Below are positions 51,464 to 64,000 of a stretch of DNA of 64,000 bases, one piece after another. The stretch lies in contig JAXLNO010000409.1 in the NCBI GenBank assembly GCA_038087875.1, positions 1 to 64,000 on the forward strand, in the 5' to 3' direction. The translations under genes and the position numbers were made by a program. The stretch is from Malacoraja senta. Its lineage: Eukaryota. Each line of letters opens with the position of its first letter. Position 1 is the first letter of the stretch. The notes beneath the pieces were generated by a model that searched no databases, was not told the origin of the DNA, and worked only from the letters and a program-made list of their open reading frames with translations.

Positions 51464-52709
51464 CATTTGGAGCAGAATTAGGATATTTGGCCCATCAAGT
51501 CTGCTCCATCATTCGATCATGGCTGATCTATTCTTCCCTCTCAGCCCCATTTTACTGCCTTCTCCCCATAATCTTTGACGCCCTCGCTAATCAAAAACCT
51601 ATCTCCTATTTCAAAATACCCAAAGACTTGGCCTCCCTCCACCGCTGTCAATGGCAATGAGTTCCACAGATTCACCACCCTTTAGCTAAACAGCCTCCAA
51701 AATGATCAATGGGATTAATGTTGACAGCCCTGGCAAACCGCTCCTTGTTAGTTGCTCAATGTCCTCCTGGGAATGTCCTGTCCTCCAACAATAGGAGTAT
51801 CCGGCCTTGGCTTATTGTGTTTATTTGACATTGTTTTACTCAATTCCCTATAAATGTTCCAACTTGTTGCGGTTCCCTGCTTTTGGGGGGGGGGGGGGGA
51901 GGAGGAGCACTTGGTTTCAGTGCATTGGACCAAATGGAACCCCCCTCCCACTCCCCACATGCACCGCACACTACTCCAGTAGCAACTCTCTCTCCATTAC
52001 AGCAGCAATGAGGTCAGCTTCCCCTCTCCTCTCTCCTCTGCCCCAACATTACCTGATCATGCAGTGTTCTATCCTGTAGTCAAGCCAGTCTGTGGGCTGC
52101 ACCAATCTCACAGATCAGATCATTAGCTGCATCCACCCACCACTGCCCATCCAACAGAATAACTCCTTTCACGTTTCCGTCATCCTGTTCCCCCTGTTTG
52201 GAAAGTGTTGGACCAATTCCCAACAGACTGCAACGGGTGGGATTGGGACAGTATGCGTGAATCAGGGTCACTGCAGCAGAGAGAGCCTCCGCAGTCGGGC
52301 AGACAGTGAACTGATCCAGCGTAGACACAGGCCCCCTCGGCTCATCGAGTCCACGCTGACCATCAATCACCCCCGATCACACCCGTTCTATGTTATTCCA
52401 CTCCCTACACACTAGGAGCAATTTACAGTGGGCCAATTAACCCACAAGCCTGCACGTCTTTGGGATGTGGGAGGAAACCGGAGCACCTGGGAAAACCCAC
52501 ACAGTCACAGTAGAATGTAGAAACTTCACACACACACACACAGATAGCAGCTGAGGTCAGGATGGAACCCGGGTCGGTGGCACTGAGCCAGGCTGGCCAC
52601 CTCAGCGTGGAGCGGCTGGAGGTGAGGGAGTGTGGAAGCAGTGAGGGTGGGAGTGGAGACAATGGGGTGGGTGGGGGGGTGCTGGAGGCCATTAGAGGGA
52701 GAGTGTAGA

Positions 52710-53066
52710 GGCAGTGGGCTGTGGCTGGGACAGTGCAGTGTCCTTGCGGGGGGGGGGGGGGCGTGGTGTGTGGAGCTGTGAGCTGCACAGTGCAGGGGGA
52801 GAGGAGTGTGTGTGGAGCTTGGGCTGTGGCTGGGACAGAGTGGTGTCCGTGCAGGAGTGGGGGGGGGGGGGGGGGGAGGAGTGTGCGAGCAGTGGGCTGT
52901 GGCTGGGACAGTGCAGTGTCCTTGCAGGAGGGGGGGCAGGGGGGAGAGGGGTATGTGTGGAGCTGTGGGCTGTGGCTGGGGCAGAGTGGTGTCCGTGGAG
53001 GGGGGGGGGGGGGAGGAGAGGGGGGGGGGGGTGTGTGGACCAGTGGGCTGTGGCTGGGGCAGTGCG
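52710..53066 (+). repeat. G-rich minisatellite
   Basis: GTGGGCTGTGGCTGGGACAG units separated by poly-G. Confidence 0.85.
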
Positions 53067-53235
53067 GTCGTAGTCCGTGCAGGGGAGAGGGAGGTACGTG
53101 ATGATTATTGACCAGGCGATGCAGACACTCAGATGATACATTCAAACTGCTTAGCGTGTTGGATGGGACGCCGGCTCAGCGTGTCCATGTTGAGCGTGTA
53201 GATTCAGTGTAAGGTGGTTCCCCCGTGGGCACGGC

Positions 53236-53571
53236 CTACAGCATGGAGCAGAGAGCAGCCATGCCCAGTGCCAGTGCGGTGCCACCCCTGTCCCGGCCTG
53301 CTGCCCGAGTTGAGCCGCACAAAGTATGTTGCCACTCGCTCCTCCAGCCCATCCTCCGTGGCGAAGCAGGTGAAGTACCCATCGCTCAGGGGCATGTGCC
53401 CATCAAACATCAGCGGGCACGAGCCGTCCTTGACGGTGCAGGCTATGCCGTCCCTCTCCTCATGCTTCCAGCTGTAGGCAGCGTGGTAGGACGTGACCGG
53501 GCAGGGCAGGTACAGGTAGGCCCCGGCACTCACTATCAGCTCCGTCACCTCCTCACCACTCAGCACGTCAT
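53236..53571 (-). CDS. Semaphorin-7A-like last exon: Ig domain and GPI signal (frameshift at 53285-53288)
   Basis: YLYLPCPVTSYHAAYSWKH...GYFTCFATE. Removing one G gives the hydrophobic tail GGTALALGMAALCSML*. Confidence 0.85.
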
Positions 53572-54339
53572 CTGTAGAGCAAGGACAGACAGGCGATGGG
53601 ATCTCCCCAACCCACAAACTGCCCCTTGTGGTGCACGGCAACTCGCACACAAACTGCCCTTCACGATCCACGGCAACTCACAACCCAACACTGTTGACAC
53701 CTCACTTTCCTCTTCCCCCACCCACCTCACTTTCCTCTTCCCCCACCCACCTCTCTTTCACTTGTCCATAACCTTTGTCACACTCAATAATCAATAATTT
53801 ATAGATCTCTGCCTCATCCTATGTATATTGAGGGTGGCAAACAATAAATCATGTTCATAAGTTATAGGAGCAGAAATATTTAAGAAATAGGATTATTTTG
53901 CCCACCGAATCTACTCTGCCATTCAATCATGGCTGATATATCTGGCCCTCTCAACCCCATTCTCCTCTGTTCTCCCCAGAGCCTTTGACGCCTTTACTAA
54001 TCAAGAACCAGTCAATCTCTTCTTTAAAAATTCCCAATGATTTGGTCTCCACCGCCATCAGTGGCAATGAATTCCACAGATTCACCACCCTCAAGCTAAA
54101 GAAATTCTTCCTCATCTCCATTCTAAAGGTACATTATTTTATTCTGAGGTTGTGCCCTCTAGTCCTGGACTCTCCCACCACTGGAAACATCCTCTCCACA
54201 TCTAAATGACCGAATGTCGTGCCCACAATACGAAGCAAGCACTCTCTGGGCACGGACAGTGGGGGTCAGGGACAGAACAGCTCGACACCACGAGGCATTG
54301 GCTGACACGTTAGCAAGTCTTGGTGGATAGGAGAGGTTT

Positions 54340-55081
54340 ATAGACAATAGACAATAGGTGCAGGAGTAGGCCATTTGGCCCTTCGAGCCAGCACCGCCAT
54401 TCAATGTGATCATGGCTGATCATCCCCAATCAGTACCCCACCATTCCTGCCTTCTCCCCATATCCCCTGACTCCGCTATTTTTAAGAGCCCTATCTAGCT
54501 CTCTCTTGAAAGCATCCAGAGAACCTGCCTCCACTGCCCTCTGAGGCAGAGAGTTCCACAGACTCACCACTCTCTGTGAGAAAAAGTGTTTCCTCGTCTC
54601 CGTTCTAAATGGCTTACTCCTTATTCTTAAACTGTGGGCCCTGGTTCTGGACTCCCCCAACATCGGGAACATGTTTCCTGCCTCTAGTGTGTCCAAGCCC
54701 TTAACAATCTTATATGTTTCAATGAGATACCCTCTCATCCTTCTAAACTCCAGAGTGTACAAGCCCAGCTGCTCCATTCTCTCAGCATATGACAGTCCCG
54801 CCATCCTGGGAATTAACCTTGTAAACCTACGCTGCAATCCCTCAATAGCAAGAATGTCTTTCCTCAAATTAGGGGACCAAAACTGCACACAATACTCCAT
54901 GTGTGGTCTCACTAGGGCTCTGTACAACTGCAGAAGGACCTCTTTGCTCCTATATTCGATTCCTCTTGTTATAAAGGCCAACATGCCATTCGCTTTCTTC
55001 TCGGCCTGCTGTACCTGCACGCTTACTTTCATAGACTGATGTACAAGGACCCCAAGATCCCGTTGTACTTTCCCTTTTCCC
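54340..55081 (-). mobile_element. CR1-type LINE 3' fragment
   Basis: ORF 54430..55032. Confidence 0.92.
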
Positions 55082-55243
55082 GTATTTGAGGATGTGGGCC
55101 AAACACGGGCAGTATAGATGGGACATGGTGATCAGTATGGGCGGGTTGGGCTGTGTGACTGTGACTCTCAGAGCTGCCTGGTGCGGGTGACCCACCCAGA
55201 GGGTGTGGGGGGCTGGTGTGGCTGACAGACAGAGGACCGTTAC

Positions 55244-55293
55244 CTGAGTCACAAATGGAGACGTTGAGCTGCTCAACACTCTGCAGGATGTCA
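55244..55293 (-). CDS. Semaphorin-7A-like exon (end of PSI domain)
   Basis: SDILQSVEQLNVSICDS; phase 2 to 1. Confidence 0.8.
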
Positions 55294-56552
55294 CTGTGGG
55301 GAAAGCACAACACAGAGATGAAACGACTTCAACAATCACCTCCTTCCTCACATTTCACTAAGGCAGCTTACAACTCAGCCGGATCAATATTATTGTACCC
55401 CCCCCCTTCCTCCCGTACATTACCTCTCTCCATCCCTCCCCCATCCTCGTTGTCCTGTACATATCCCTTCGTTATCACCTCTCCCACCGCCAACAATCGC
55501 CCATTGTGTGCTCCACCTTTCCCTGGCCATCGGTGCCGGCTCTGATTTATTCTGTATCTTTTCATACCCCTGCTTTCCCTCCCCCCTGACTCTGTCTGAA
55601 GAAGGGTCTCGACCACGAAACGTCACCCATTCCTTATCTCCAGAGATGCTGCCTGTCCCGCTGAGTTACTCCAGCCTTTTGTGTTCCATATATCGATGGA
55701 GTGTGAGAGGTTGCAGCCCCTTTTCGACTGTCTGAAGGGCTGCTCCTCAAGTTTAGGATGCACTTTAGCCCCACGCTCCTGATCTTTGGTCACAGAGGAG
55801 GGGGGGGGGGGTCTCCCTGTCGGTCTGCTGCTGGGCCTGGCCAAGATGGCCATTCGCGGGTCCAGGCAGCGGGCAGTCGATGGTCACATCAGAGTCGGCT
55901 GCCTGCCCCTATTCCGGGCCTATGTCCGTGCCTACGTGTCCCTGGAGAGGGAACACGAGGTGTCCACGGGGACTTGAGGCTTTCCGTGAACGCTGGTCGC
56001 TGCGGGGGTGGGGGGGGGTCAAGTGTATTGTTGACAAAGTTGGCGTTATTTTAATTTGATAACTTTTGTTTGTAATCTGCCAATATAGGCAATCTTTGAT
56101 CTTGTTACTACTCTGTATTTTTGTTTGTTTTGAATAAAAACATTTTGTATTGTAAAAAAAAAGGCTCAGACACAGAGTGAAGCTCCCTCCACACTGTCCC
56201 ATCACACACTCCCAGTGCACGGACCACCATCATTCATGAGTCGAATTACTTGGGAAACTTTCTCAGCCTCTATACAGCCCTTCGCCCATCACTCCATGCT
56301 GACCCAAAACTCTGATGTTTGTGCTCTTGTGCATTGGGCCAATCTCTCAGCCTAACACTGAGTGATTTTTACTTCATGTGTCCAGGGTCGATCCGCCAGG
56401 TGAGGGAAGAGCATGGTGGACGGACGCACTCGCTGAAGTGACGTCGCGGGAGCAGCGGGAAATGAGGCGCCTGGGCAGAGAGAAGAGCAGGTGAGAGGGG
56501 AGGCCAGGTGACGGGAGCAGGAAGACCAGGTGATGGGGGGAGAGGATATACC

Positions 56553-57027
56553 GGGGGAGGGGAGAGGGTAGACTAGGTGAGGGGGAGGGGAGAAGGTAGA
56601 CTAGGTGAGGGGGAAGGCAGAGGGTACACTAGGGAGGGGGGAGAGGGTAGACAGGTGAGGGGGACAGGGGAGGGGAGAGGGTAGACTAGGTGAGGGGGAG
56701 GGGAGGGTAGACTAGGTGAGGGGGAGGGGAGAGGGTAAACCAGGGTAGGGGAGGGGAGAGGGTAGACTAGGTGAGGTGGAGGGGGAGGTAGACGGGAGAG
56801 GGTAGACCAGGTGAGGGGGAGGGGAGAGGGAAGACCAGGTGAGGGGGGAGAGGGTAGTCTAGGTGAGGGGGAGGGGAGAGGGTAGACTAGGTGAGGGGGA
56901 GGGGAGAGGGTAGACCAGGTGAGGGGGAGGGGAGAGGGAAGACCAGGTGAGGGGGGGAGAGGGTAGACTAGGTGAGGGGGGGAGGGGAGAGGGTAGACCA
57001 GGTGAGGGGGGAGAGGGTAGACCAGGT
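56553..57027 (+). repeat. Purine-rich minisatellite of about 29 bp
   Basis: GAGAGGGTAGACTAGGTGAGGGGGAGGG repeated. Confidence 0.92.
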
Positions 57028-57051
57028 ATGTTGGTGGATGTCGGGACTTAC

Positions 57052-57225
57052 CTGTCGGTAGTGTTGAGTGTCTGGGGGAGGGCCACACACTTGTGTGTAG
57101 CTCTGTCCCACCCACAGTAAGGGTCTCGGGCAGCCACACACCGCGGGCAGGTGTGGCCGTATTCAGCACAGCCGGCCAGCGATAGGCGGGCGGCCCTCCA
57201 CCGGCGTTGCCACAAACAGATGGCC
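57052..57225 (-). CDS. Semaphorin-7A-like PSI exon (extra base at 57194-57196)
   Basis: GHLFVATPVE / AARLSLAGCAEYGHTCPRCVAARDPYCGWD. Confidence 0.9.
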
Positions 57226-58237
57226 CTGCAAGGAAGCAGAGGGTCACCGTCAGCACTCCGTGAACTCCACACGCGTGTCTTTGTGTGTCCGGGGCGTTAG
57301 TGGGAGCACGCGTTCCGAAAGATAGTCCAAGGGTCTCCAATGAGGTTGATGGGAGGTCAAGACCACTCTCTAGTTGGTGATGTTTAAGAAGGAACTGCAG
57401 AGGCTGGAAAATCGAAGGTAGACAAAAATGCTGGAGAAACTCAGCGGGTGCAGCAGCATCTATGGAGCGAGGGAAATAGGCAAGGTTTCGGCCCGAAACG
57501 TTGCCTATTTCCCTCACTCTATAGATGCTGCTGCACCCGCTGAGTTTCTCCAGCATTTTTGTCTACCTTCGAGTTGCTGATGGTTCAGTTGCCTGATAAC
57601 AGTTAGGAAGAAACTGTCCCTGAATCTAGAGGGTTGTTTTTAGCGCAGAGCCTGTCTAACATAACTCATAAAGTGCTGGAACAACTCCGGGTCAGGCAGC
57701 AAGCAATAGGCAGGTGACGTTTAGATGGGAGAGTCTATGACCAGAGGGCACAGGCCCCAAAACAAAAGGACGTCCGTTTAGAAAGGAGATGAGGAGGAAT
57801 TTCTCTGCTCAGAGGGTGACGAATCTGTAAATTAATTGCCACAGATAACAGAGATTGAAGCAAGCACAGGTGATGCGCATGACTGCAAGACCACTGAGGC
57901 TGGAGGGGGGAGGCAGGCTGCCCCTACCCCCGTAACTCTCACTCACATCATCAATGGCTTGACACTCCCCCTCTCCACTCAAATCCCCCCCCCCTCAACT
58001 TCCCATTACTCCCCCTCTCCTCAATTCCATCTCCCACTAACCTCAGCTCCCCCTCCCACCCCCCCGTCTCCCCTCCACAGCACCCCCTCAGCATCTCTGC
58101 CTCAGATCCCCACCCCTCCGTTTTGCCCCCCCCCCGTTCGGCGACCCCTACGCTCCTCAGCTCCTCTCCCTGCCCCCCCCCTCCCTCTGCCCCCTCCCCC
58201 ACATTCAGCTCCCACCCTCCCTCTAATCCCACATTAC

Positions 58238-58352
58238 CGTGCTGGAATCCAGCATGATGGTGGAAACGGGAGCTTGGGATTTGAAGGGGCTGAGCTCGGA
58301 AATGATGAAGACTTCCCGTTGTAGTGAAGAACCTTGTGGATCTTCCCGTTTC
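58238..58352 (-). CDS. Semaphorin-7A-like Sema exon (missing base at 58315-58317)
   Basis: NGKIHKVLHYNG / EVFIISELSPFKSQAPVSTIMLDSST. Confidence 0.88.
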
Positions 58353-58720
58353 CTGCAAGAGAGAATGCGGAATCAGGAGCCGACACTTGCCTCAGCCACT
58401 CACGGCGCACACTTGCCCCAGTCACTCAACACCCCTCGGCTCTCTCACCCCACACCGCCCTGTCCCCACGTTCCTTCCTTCCTCCAATATCCATGAGCTG
58501 TTGATGCAATGATACAGCATGGAAAGAGACCCATCGCCCACCGAGTCCGCGACAACCATCGATCACCTGTTCACACAAGTTCTGTGTTATCCCACTTTCT
58601 CATCCACTCCTTACAAACTAGGGGGAAATTTACAGAGGGCCAATTAACCTACAAACCTGCATGTCTGGGATGTGGGAGGAAACCGGAGTACCCGGAGGAT
58701 ACCCACGCAGTCACGGGGAG

Positions 58721-59385
58721 AACATAGAATCATAGAAAATAGGTGCAGGAGGTGGCCATTCGGCCCTTCGTGCCAGCACCGCCATTCATTGTGATCAAGG
58801 CTGATCGTCCCCTATCAATAACCCGTGCCTGCCTTCTCCCCATATCCCTGACTCCACTAGCCCCTAGAGCTCTATCTAACTCTCTCTTATATCCATCCTG
58901 TGATTTGGCCTCCACTGCCCTCTGTGGCAGGGAATTCCATAAATTCACAACTCTCTGGGTGAAATAGTTTTTTCTCACCTCAGTCTTAAATGACCTCCCC
59001 TTTATTCTAATACTGTGGCCCCTGGTTCTGGATTCGCCCAACATTGGGAACATTTTTTCTGCATCTAGCTTGTCCAGTCCTTTTATAATTTTATATGTTT
59101 CTATAAGATCGCCCCTCATCCTTCTAAACTCCAGTGAATACAAGCCTAGTCTTTTCAATCTTTCCTCATATGACAGTCCCGCCATCCCAGGGATCAATCT
59201 CGTGAACCTACGCTGCACTGCCTCAATCACAAGGATGTCCTTCCTCCAATTAGGAGACCAAAACTGTACACAATACTCTAGATGTGGTCTCACCAGAGCC
59301 CTATACAACTGCAGAAGAACCTCTTACTCCTATACTGAAATCCTCTTGAAGGCCAACATTCCATTAGCTTTCTTCACTGCCTGCC
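58721..59385 (-). mobile_element. CR1-type LINE 3' fragment
   Basis: ORF 58730..59308. Confidence 0.9.
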
Positions 59386-60045
59386 ACCACAGCAGGATGG
59401 GAACATGCAAACTCCACACACGCAGACAGCAGCCGAGGTCAGGATTGAACCTGTGACTGTGGTTCTATGAGGCAGAGGTTCTACCTGCTGCCCCACTGTG
59501 CCCCTCCCCTACATCATTTCTGTGGTAGGGAGACCAGACCTGTACACAGTACTCCAGCTGTGCTCCCTCTGAAGCCCTGTGTAACTATAGTGAAATGTTC
59601 CTACTCTTGTGTGGTTCTCGCAGGGAATCCCTGCGGTCTGCTGCCCCCACCTACATGCTAGCTTCCTGAAACCCAAGTGGATGTGAAAGTGGGCTAACAT
59701 AGAACTAGTGTGAATGGGTGATCAATGGTTGGCATGGACAGTGGGCTGAAGGGCACATTTCCATACAAAATCCAGTCTCCTCTCAACCTCTGACGTTCCA
59801 GGGAAAACAATGCAAGTCTATCTATCCTCTCCCTGTAGATGGAACCCTGTAATCCAGGCAGCATTATGGTAAACCCCTCTCCACCCTCACCCTGTAACTG
59901 GAGCCCTGTAATCCAGACAGCATTGTGGTAAACCCTCTCCAAAGCCTCCACATCCTCCCTGTAATGGGGTGACCAGAAGTGCCCGCATTACTGCAGCCTG
60001 CCCAGAGGTCTATAGAGCGGCGTTGCATCTTTGACCGTATCGTAC

Positions 60046-60235
60046 CTGTGCCGAGGAACAGGACGTGGTAGAGTTGTTGGTTGGCCCCCCTCACTCTGTC
60101 AGCCGTCACCCTGGTGTAGTTGTTGTGTTTCATCACATAGAGGGGGTGCCTTTTGATCGGGTAGATCGGGTCCTCGATCTCTGGGAAGTTCCTGATATTT
60201 GTCAGAACATTTCTGGGCACGTTTCCTTTGACACA
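60046..60235 (-). CDS. Semaphorin-7A-like Sema exon
   Basis: CVKGNVPRNVLTNIRNFPEIEDPIYP...YTRVTADRVRGANQQLYHVLFLGT; phase 0 to 1. Confidence 0.92.
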
Positions 60236-61157
60236 CTGTGAAAGAGAAATAATTTAGCCATCGCAGTACATGTGCGTACAAACACGTGTATTGGCGTGCA
60301 TGTGTGTGTGTGTGTACACGTGAGCGGTAGAGAGAAGGGGGGAGGGAGACAGATAGATGCTTCCACCGCCCGCCACTTTTGGCATCCTGGTGAAACCTCT
60401 CCCTATGCTTGCCCAGGTCAATGGCCAAGAGAGTACACCAACCTTATAAGGCTTAGGCATATCCTCAACAACTTCCACCAACCTGTACAGATGCTTTCAC
60501 AGAAAGCATTTTATCAGGATGCATCGCAGCATGGTTTGGGAACAGCTCCATCCAAGACCACAAGAAATTGCAGAGAATTGTGGACGCAGCCCAGACCATC
60601 AGACAGACTAATCTCCCTTCCATCGACTCCATCTCCATCCAGAGAAATGTGGACGCAGCCCAGACCATCACACAGACTAACCTCCCATCTACACTTCACG
60701 CTGCCTCGGCAAGACAAGCAGCATAATCAAGGACCAGTTTCACCCCCGGCCACTCCCTCTTCTCCCCTCTCCCATCAGGCAAGAGGTACAAAAGTGTGAA
60801 ACACACACCTCCAGATTCAGGGACAGTTTCTTCCCGGCTGTTATCAGGCAACTGAACCGTCTTCTCACCAACTAGAGAGTGGTCCTGACCTCCCAGCTAC
60901 CTCATTGGAGACCCTCGGACTATCTTCAAACGGACTTTACTAGACTTTATCTTGCACCAAAGGTTATTCCCTTTATCCTGTATCTGTACACTGTGGACGG
61001 CTGATTTACCACCATGTATAGTCTTTCCCAGTACCTTGGTACATGTGACAATAAGACCAGTGCACCCTTGTCCTCGAGCTCCTTGCTGAGCAAGATTGTT
61101 GCCGTAAACTAAGAGTGAGCAAGACCGTGCTGAACTGTTTACAAAACAGGACCGTAC

Positions 61158-61269
61158 CATTCCTGGCCGATGGCTCCCGATCACGTTGGCAGTTAAACCC
61201 TTCAGCCTGGAGTTTCGGAACGCCCGCTCGATGTCGGCTTGGGAATAGGCACAGACAGCGGTGGAATTC
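61158..61269 (-). CDS. Semaphorin-7A-like Sema exon
   Basis: WNSTAVCAYSQADIERAFRNSRLKGLTANVIGSHRPGM; phase 2 to 0. Confidence 0.92.
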
Positions 61270-61564
61270 CTACATGGAGGAAGATCACAGAGTCAGTGCC
61301 ATGACCACCTTTACTCCAGTGCCAGGTTTTTCTGTTTGTAACGGGAGGCACATCCTTCCCCTCCGCTTTGCCAGGGGCTCGTGACGGTGTGCCCCGGGAT
61401 GGACATTGAAGGTGACTGCGCCTGGAGACACCGGGGGGGGGGGGGACATCGCGCAGCCAGAAAATACAACCAAGCAGACCATACATTGGCCGGTAAATCA
61501 CAAAACCTGGAGTGGAGTCTACAACATTCAACTGCCAGCGAGTCAAGTGTGTTTCAACTAAAGA

Positions 61565-62155
61565 CAGAGTGCTGGAGTAACTCAGCGGGTCTGGCAGCAT
61601 CTGTGGAGAACATGGATAGGTGACGTTTCACAGAGTGCTGGAGTAACTCAGCGGGTCAGGCAGCATCTGTGGAGAACATGGATAGGTGACGTTTCACAGA
61701 GTGCTGGAGTAACTCAGCAGGTCAGGCAGCATCTGTGGAGAACATGGATAGGTGACGTTTCACAGAGTGCTGGAGTAACTCAGCGGGTCAGGCAGCATCT
61801 GTGGAGAACATGGATAGGTGACGTTTCACAGAGTGCTGGAGTAACTCAGCGGGTCAGGCAGCATCTGTGGAGAACATGGATAGGTGACGTTTCACAGAGT
61901 GCTGGAGTAACTCAGCGGGTCAGGCAGCATCTGTGGAGAACATGGATAGGTGACGTTTCACAGAGTGCTGGAGTAACTCAGCGGGTCAGGCAGCATCTGT
62001 GGAGAACATGGATAGGTGACGTTCACAGAGTGCTGGAGTAACTCAGCGGGTCAGGCAGCATCTGTGGAGAACATGGATAGGTGACGTTTCACAGAGTGCT
62101 GGAGTAACTCAGCGGGTCAGGCAGCATCTCTGGAGAACATGGATAGGTGACGTTT
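61565..62155 (+). repeat. 66-bp tandem repeat, 9 near-identical copies, derived from a Penelope-like terminus
   Basis: Unit CAGAGTGCTGGAGTAACTCAGCGGGTCAGGCAGCATCTGTGGAGAACATGGATAGGTGACGTTTCA. Confidence 0.95.
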
Positions 62156-62368
62156 TTGTTTCTTCAAACAAGCACCTGCAGTTCCTTGTCTTTTGCACGG
62201 ACAATGGAACAATGAAGCTTGTCCTTCCTGCAGCTTTACAGGCTCATGAATACAATCCCACCCAGATACAATGACCAATAATACAATAATCATCAGTCAA
62301 GCAGCCTGTGATGGTGCAGCGATTGGCGTGCGTGCACACAGTCCCCTGCAGCTTGCCCCTCCACTCAC

Positions 62369-62550
62369 CACAAGCTGGAGAAGATTCCATACACCACGCT
62401 GCTCCTGGGATCGTCCTCCACGGGGAGCAGGAATGCATCCTCGATCTTATTGAAGAGCCGCGATTCAGCCGGGAAGCCACAGATCATTCGTGCCTTCAGG
62501 AAGGTGGAGAATGGCTCCTGAGTGGCAACCTTCAGCACTCCCTCGTCGAC
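62369..62550 (-). CDS. Semaphorin-7A-like Sema exon
   Basis: VDEGVLKVATQEPFSTFLKARMICGFPAESRLFNKIEDAF...VYGIFSSLW; phase 0 to 2. Confidence 0.93.
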
Positions 62551-63414
62551 CTGTGGAAACCCAGTGCAGGGTCACTGGTTATGCTCAGTAACTTGGCAGT
62601 GTGGCGACGCAAGACCGTCTCCTTCCAAAAGTGAAAGAGCCAGCGTGGAAACAGGCCCTTCGGCCCACCGCGTCCATGCCGACCATCGATTACCCGCACA
62701 CTAGTTATAGAGTTATACAGCGTGGAAACAGGCCCTTCGGCCCACCGAGTCCATGCCGACCATCGATTACCCACACTAGTTATGGAGTCAAACAGCATGG
62801 AAACAGGCCGTTCAGCCCACCGATCACCCATTCACACACACGTTCCATGTTATCCCACTTTCTCATCTACTTAGATCTATTTAAATCCTGGGTCGATTTA
62901 CAGAACGCCAATTGACCTACAAACCCACTTCTAGGAGTGTTGTGTTCACTTTTTGCCAACCTGCGACAGGAACGATGCCACCAACAGGGAAGATTTATGA
63001 CTGGAGGGCCTGTGCTACAGGGAGTGGTTGGGCAGGCTGGGACTTTATTCCACGGGGCACAGCAGGACGAGGGGTTATTTTATAGGGATGTTGAAAGTCA
63101 TGAGGGGAATGAATGGGGTAATAGATGCACAGTCTTATACCCAGAGTAGGGGAATCAAGAACCAGAAGATATAGGTTTGAAGTGAGAGGGAAAAGCTGAA
63201 CCCAAGGGGCAACTTATTGAACTCAGTGGGTGGTGGGTCAATGCAACAAGCTGCCAGTGGAGGTACTGAGGCAGGTACTATAAACAACATTGAACACTTA
63301 CATTATAGGAAAGGTTTAGAGGGATGAGAGCCAAACACAGGGAAATGGGACGTGCAGATGGGGCATCATGAGTGCGTTGGGCTGAAGGGCCTGTGCCTGT
63401 GCGAGGGACCTTAC

Positions 63415-63554
63415 CTTGCACACACGTCCGATGTAGGCCCGGTAGGGTTCTCCGTCTAACGCACTGCTCTCGTTGCTCTCCCTGAAGAAGAAGTAAACCT
63501 CATCTTTGCTGCTGTCCTTCAACTGCATCCAAGCAGCTCCCACGAAGGTCGGGT
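63415..63554 (-). CDS. Semaphorin-7A-like Sema exon (gene continues beyond the window)
   Basis: PTFVGAAWMQLKDSSKDEVYFFFRESN...YIGRVCK; phase 1 to 0. Confidence 0.93.
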
Positions 63555-64000
63555 CTGAGGTACACAGATACAGGTAGCAGTCAGGCCAGGCTCTTTACAC
63601 CCCAGACTTCTCTAACTTCAGTTCGCCCCGCCATTCCCTCTCCCTCTATCCCTCCCCCACCCAGGTTGCACCACCTTCTCGTTTTCACCAAACTAACAGC
63701 TTGCAAGTCTGAAGAAGGGTTTCGGCCTGAAATGTTGCCTATTTCCTTCGCTCCATAGATGTTGCTGCACCCGCTGAGTTTCTCCAGCATTTTTGTGTAC
63801 CTAACAGCTTACCGACTCCTTACCGACATCCACTACAAACCTACCGACTCCCATGGCTATCTGGACTACACTTCTTCCCACCCTGCTTCCTGTAAGGACT
63901 CTATCCCCCACTCCCAATTCCTCCGTCTACGCCGCATCTGCTCCCAGGATGAGGCGTTCCACACCAGGGCATCTGAAATGTCCTCATTCTTCAGGGAACG

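Noticed and set aside
61565..62155. CRISPR-like array
   Set aside because: Units are contiguous with no unique spacers, the DNA is eukaryotic, and the unit matches a dispersed retroelement terminus.
29367..63554. TDRKH and the semaphorin as pseudogenes
   Set aside because: The only lesions are single-base indels at G/C runs; splice sites and conserved residues are otherwise intact.

Overview
This is eukaryotic vertebrate DNA, not prokaryotic. The repeat families and GC-rich, repeat-dense introns suggest a cartilaginous fish, probably a skate or ray (inference). I reconstructed four spliced genes by hand from splice sites and exon phases. (1) The 3' part of a plus-strand Ig-superfamily receptor (C1-TM-cytoplasmic tail, 112-7377; the V exon would lie upstream of the window). 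(2) A complete convergent minus-strand paralog (18596-11839): leader, germline-joined VJ domain, C1 domain, TM and an ITIM-bearing tail. Together these form a tail-to-tail pair of non-rearranging antigen-receptor-like genes resembling PRARP/VJ-C1 genes. (3) TDRKH (minus, 12 coding exons, 47802-29367) with a CCAAT/GC-box CpG promoter near 49 kb. (4) The 3' eight exons of a SEMA7A-like GPI-type semaphorin (minus, 63554-53236). Five single-base frameshifts interrupt these genes, all at or next to G/C runs, and are probably assembly errors. Introns hold CR1 and Rex1-like LINE ends, tRNA-derived SINEs, Penelope-like fragments carrying minimal hammerhead ribozyme motifs, a full-length Tc1 element, two hAT-like non-autonomous elements and several minisatellites.
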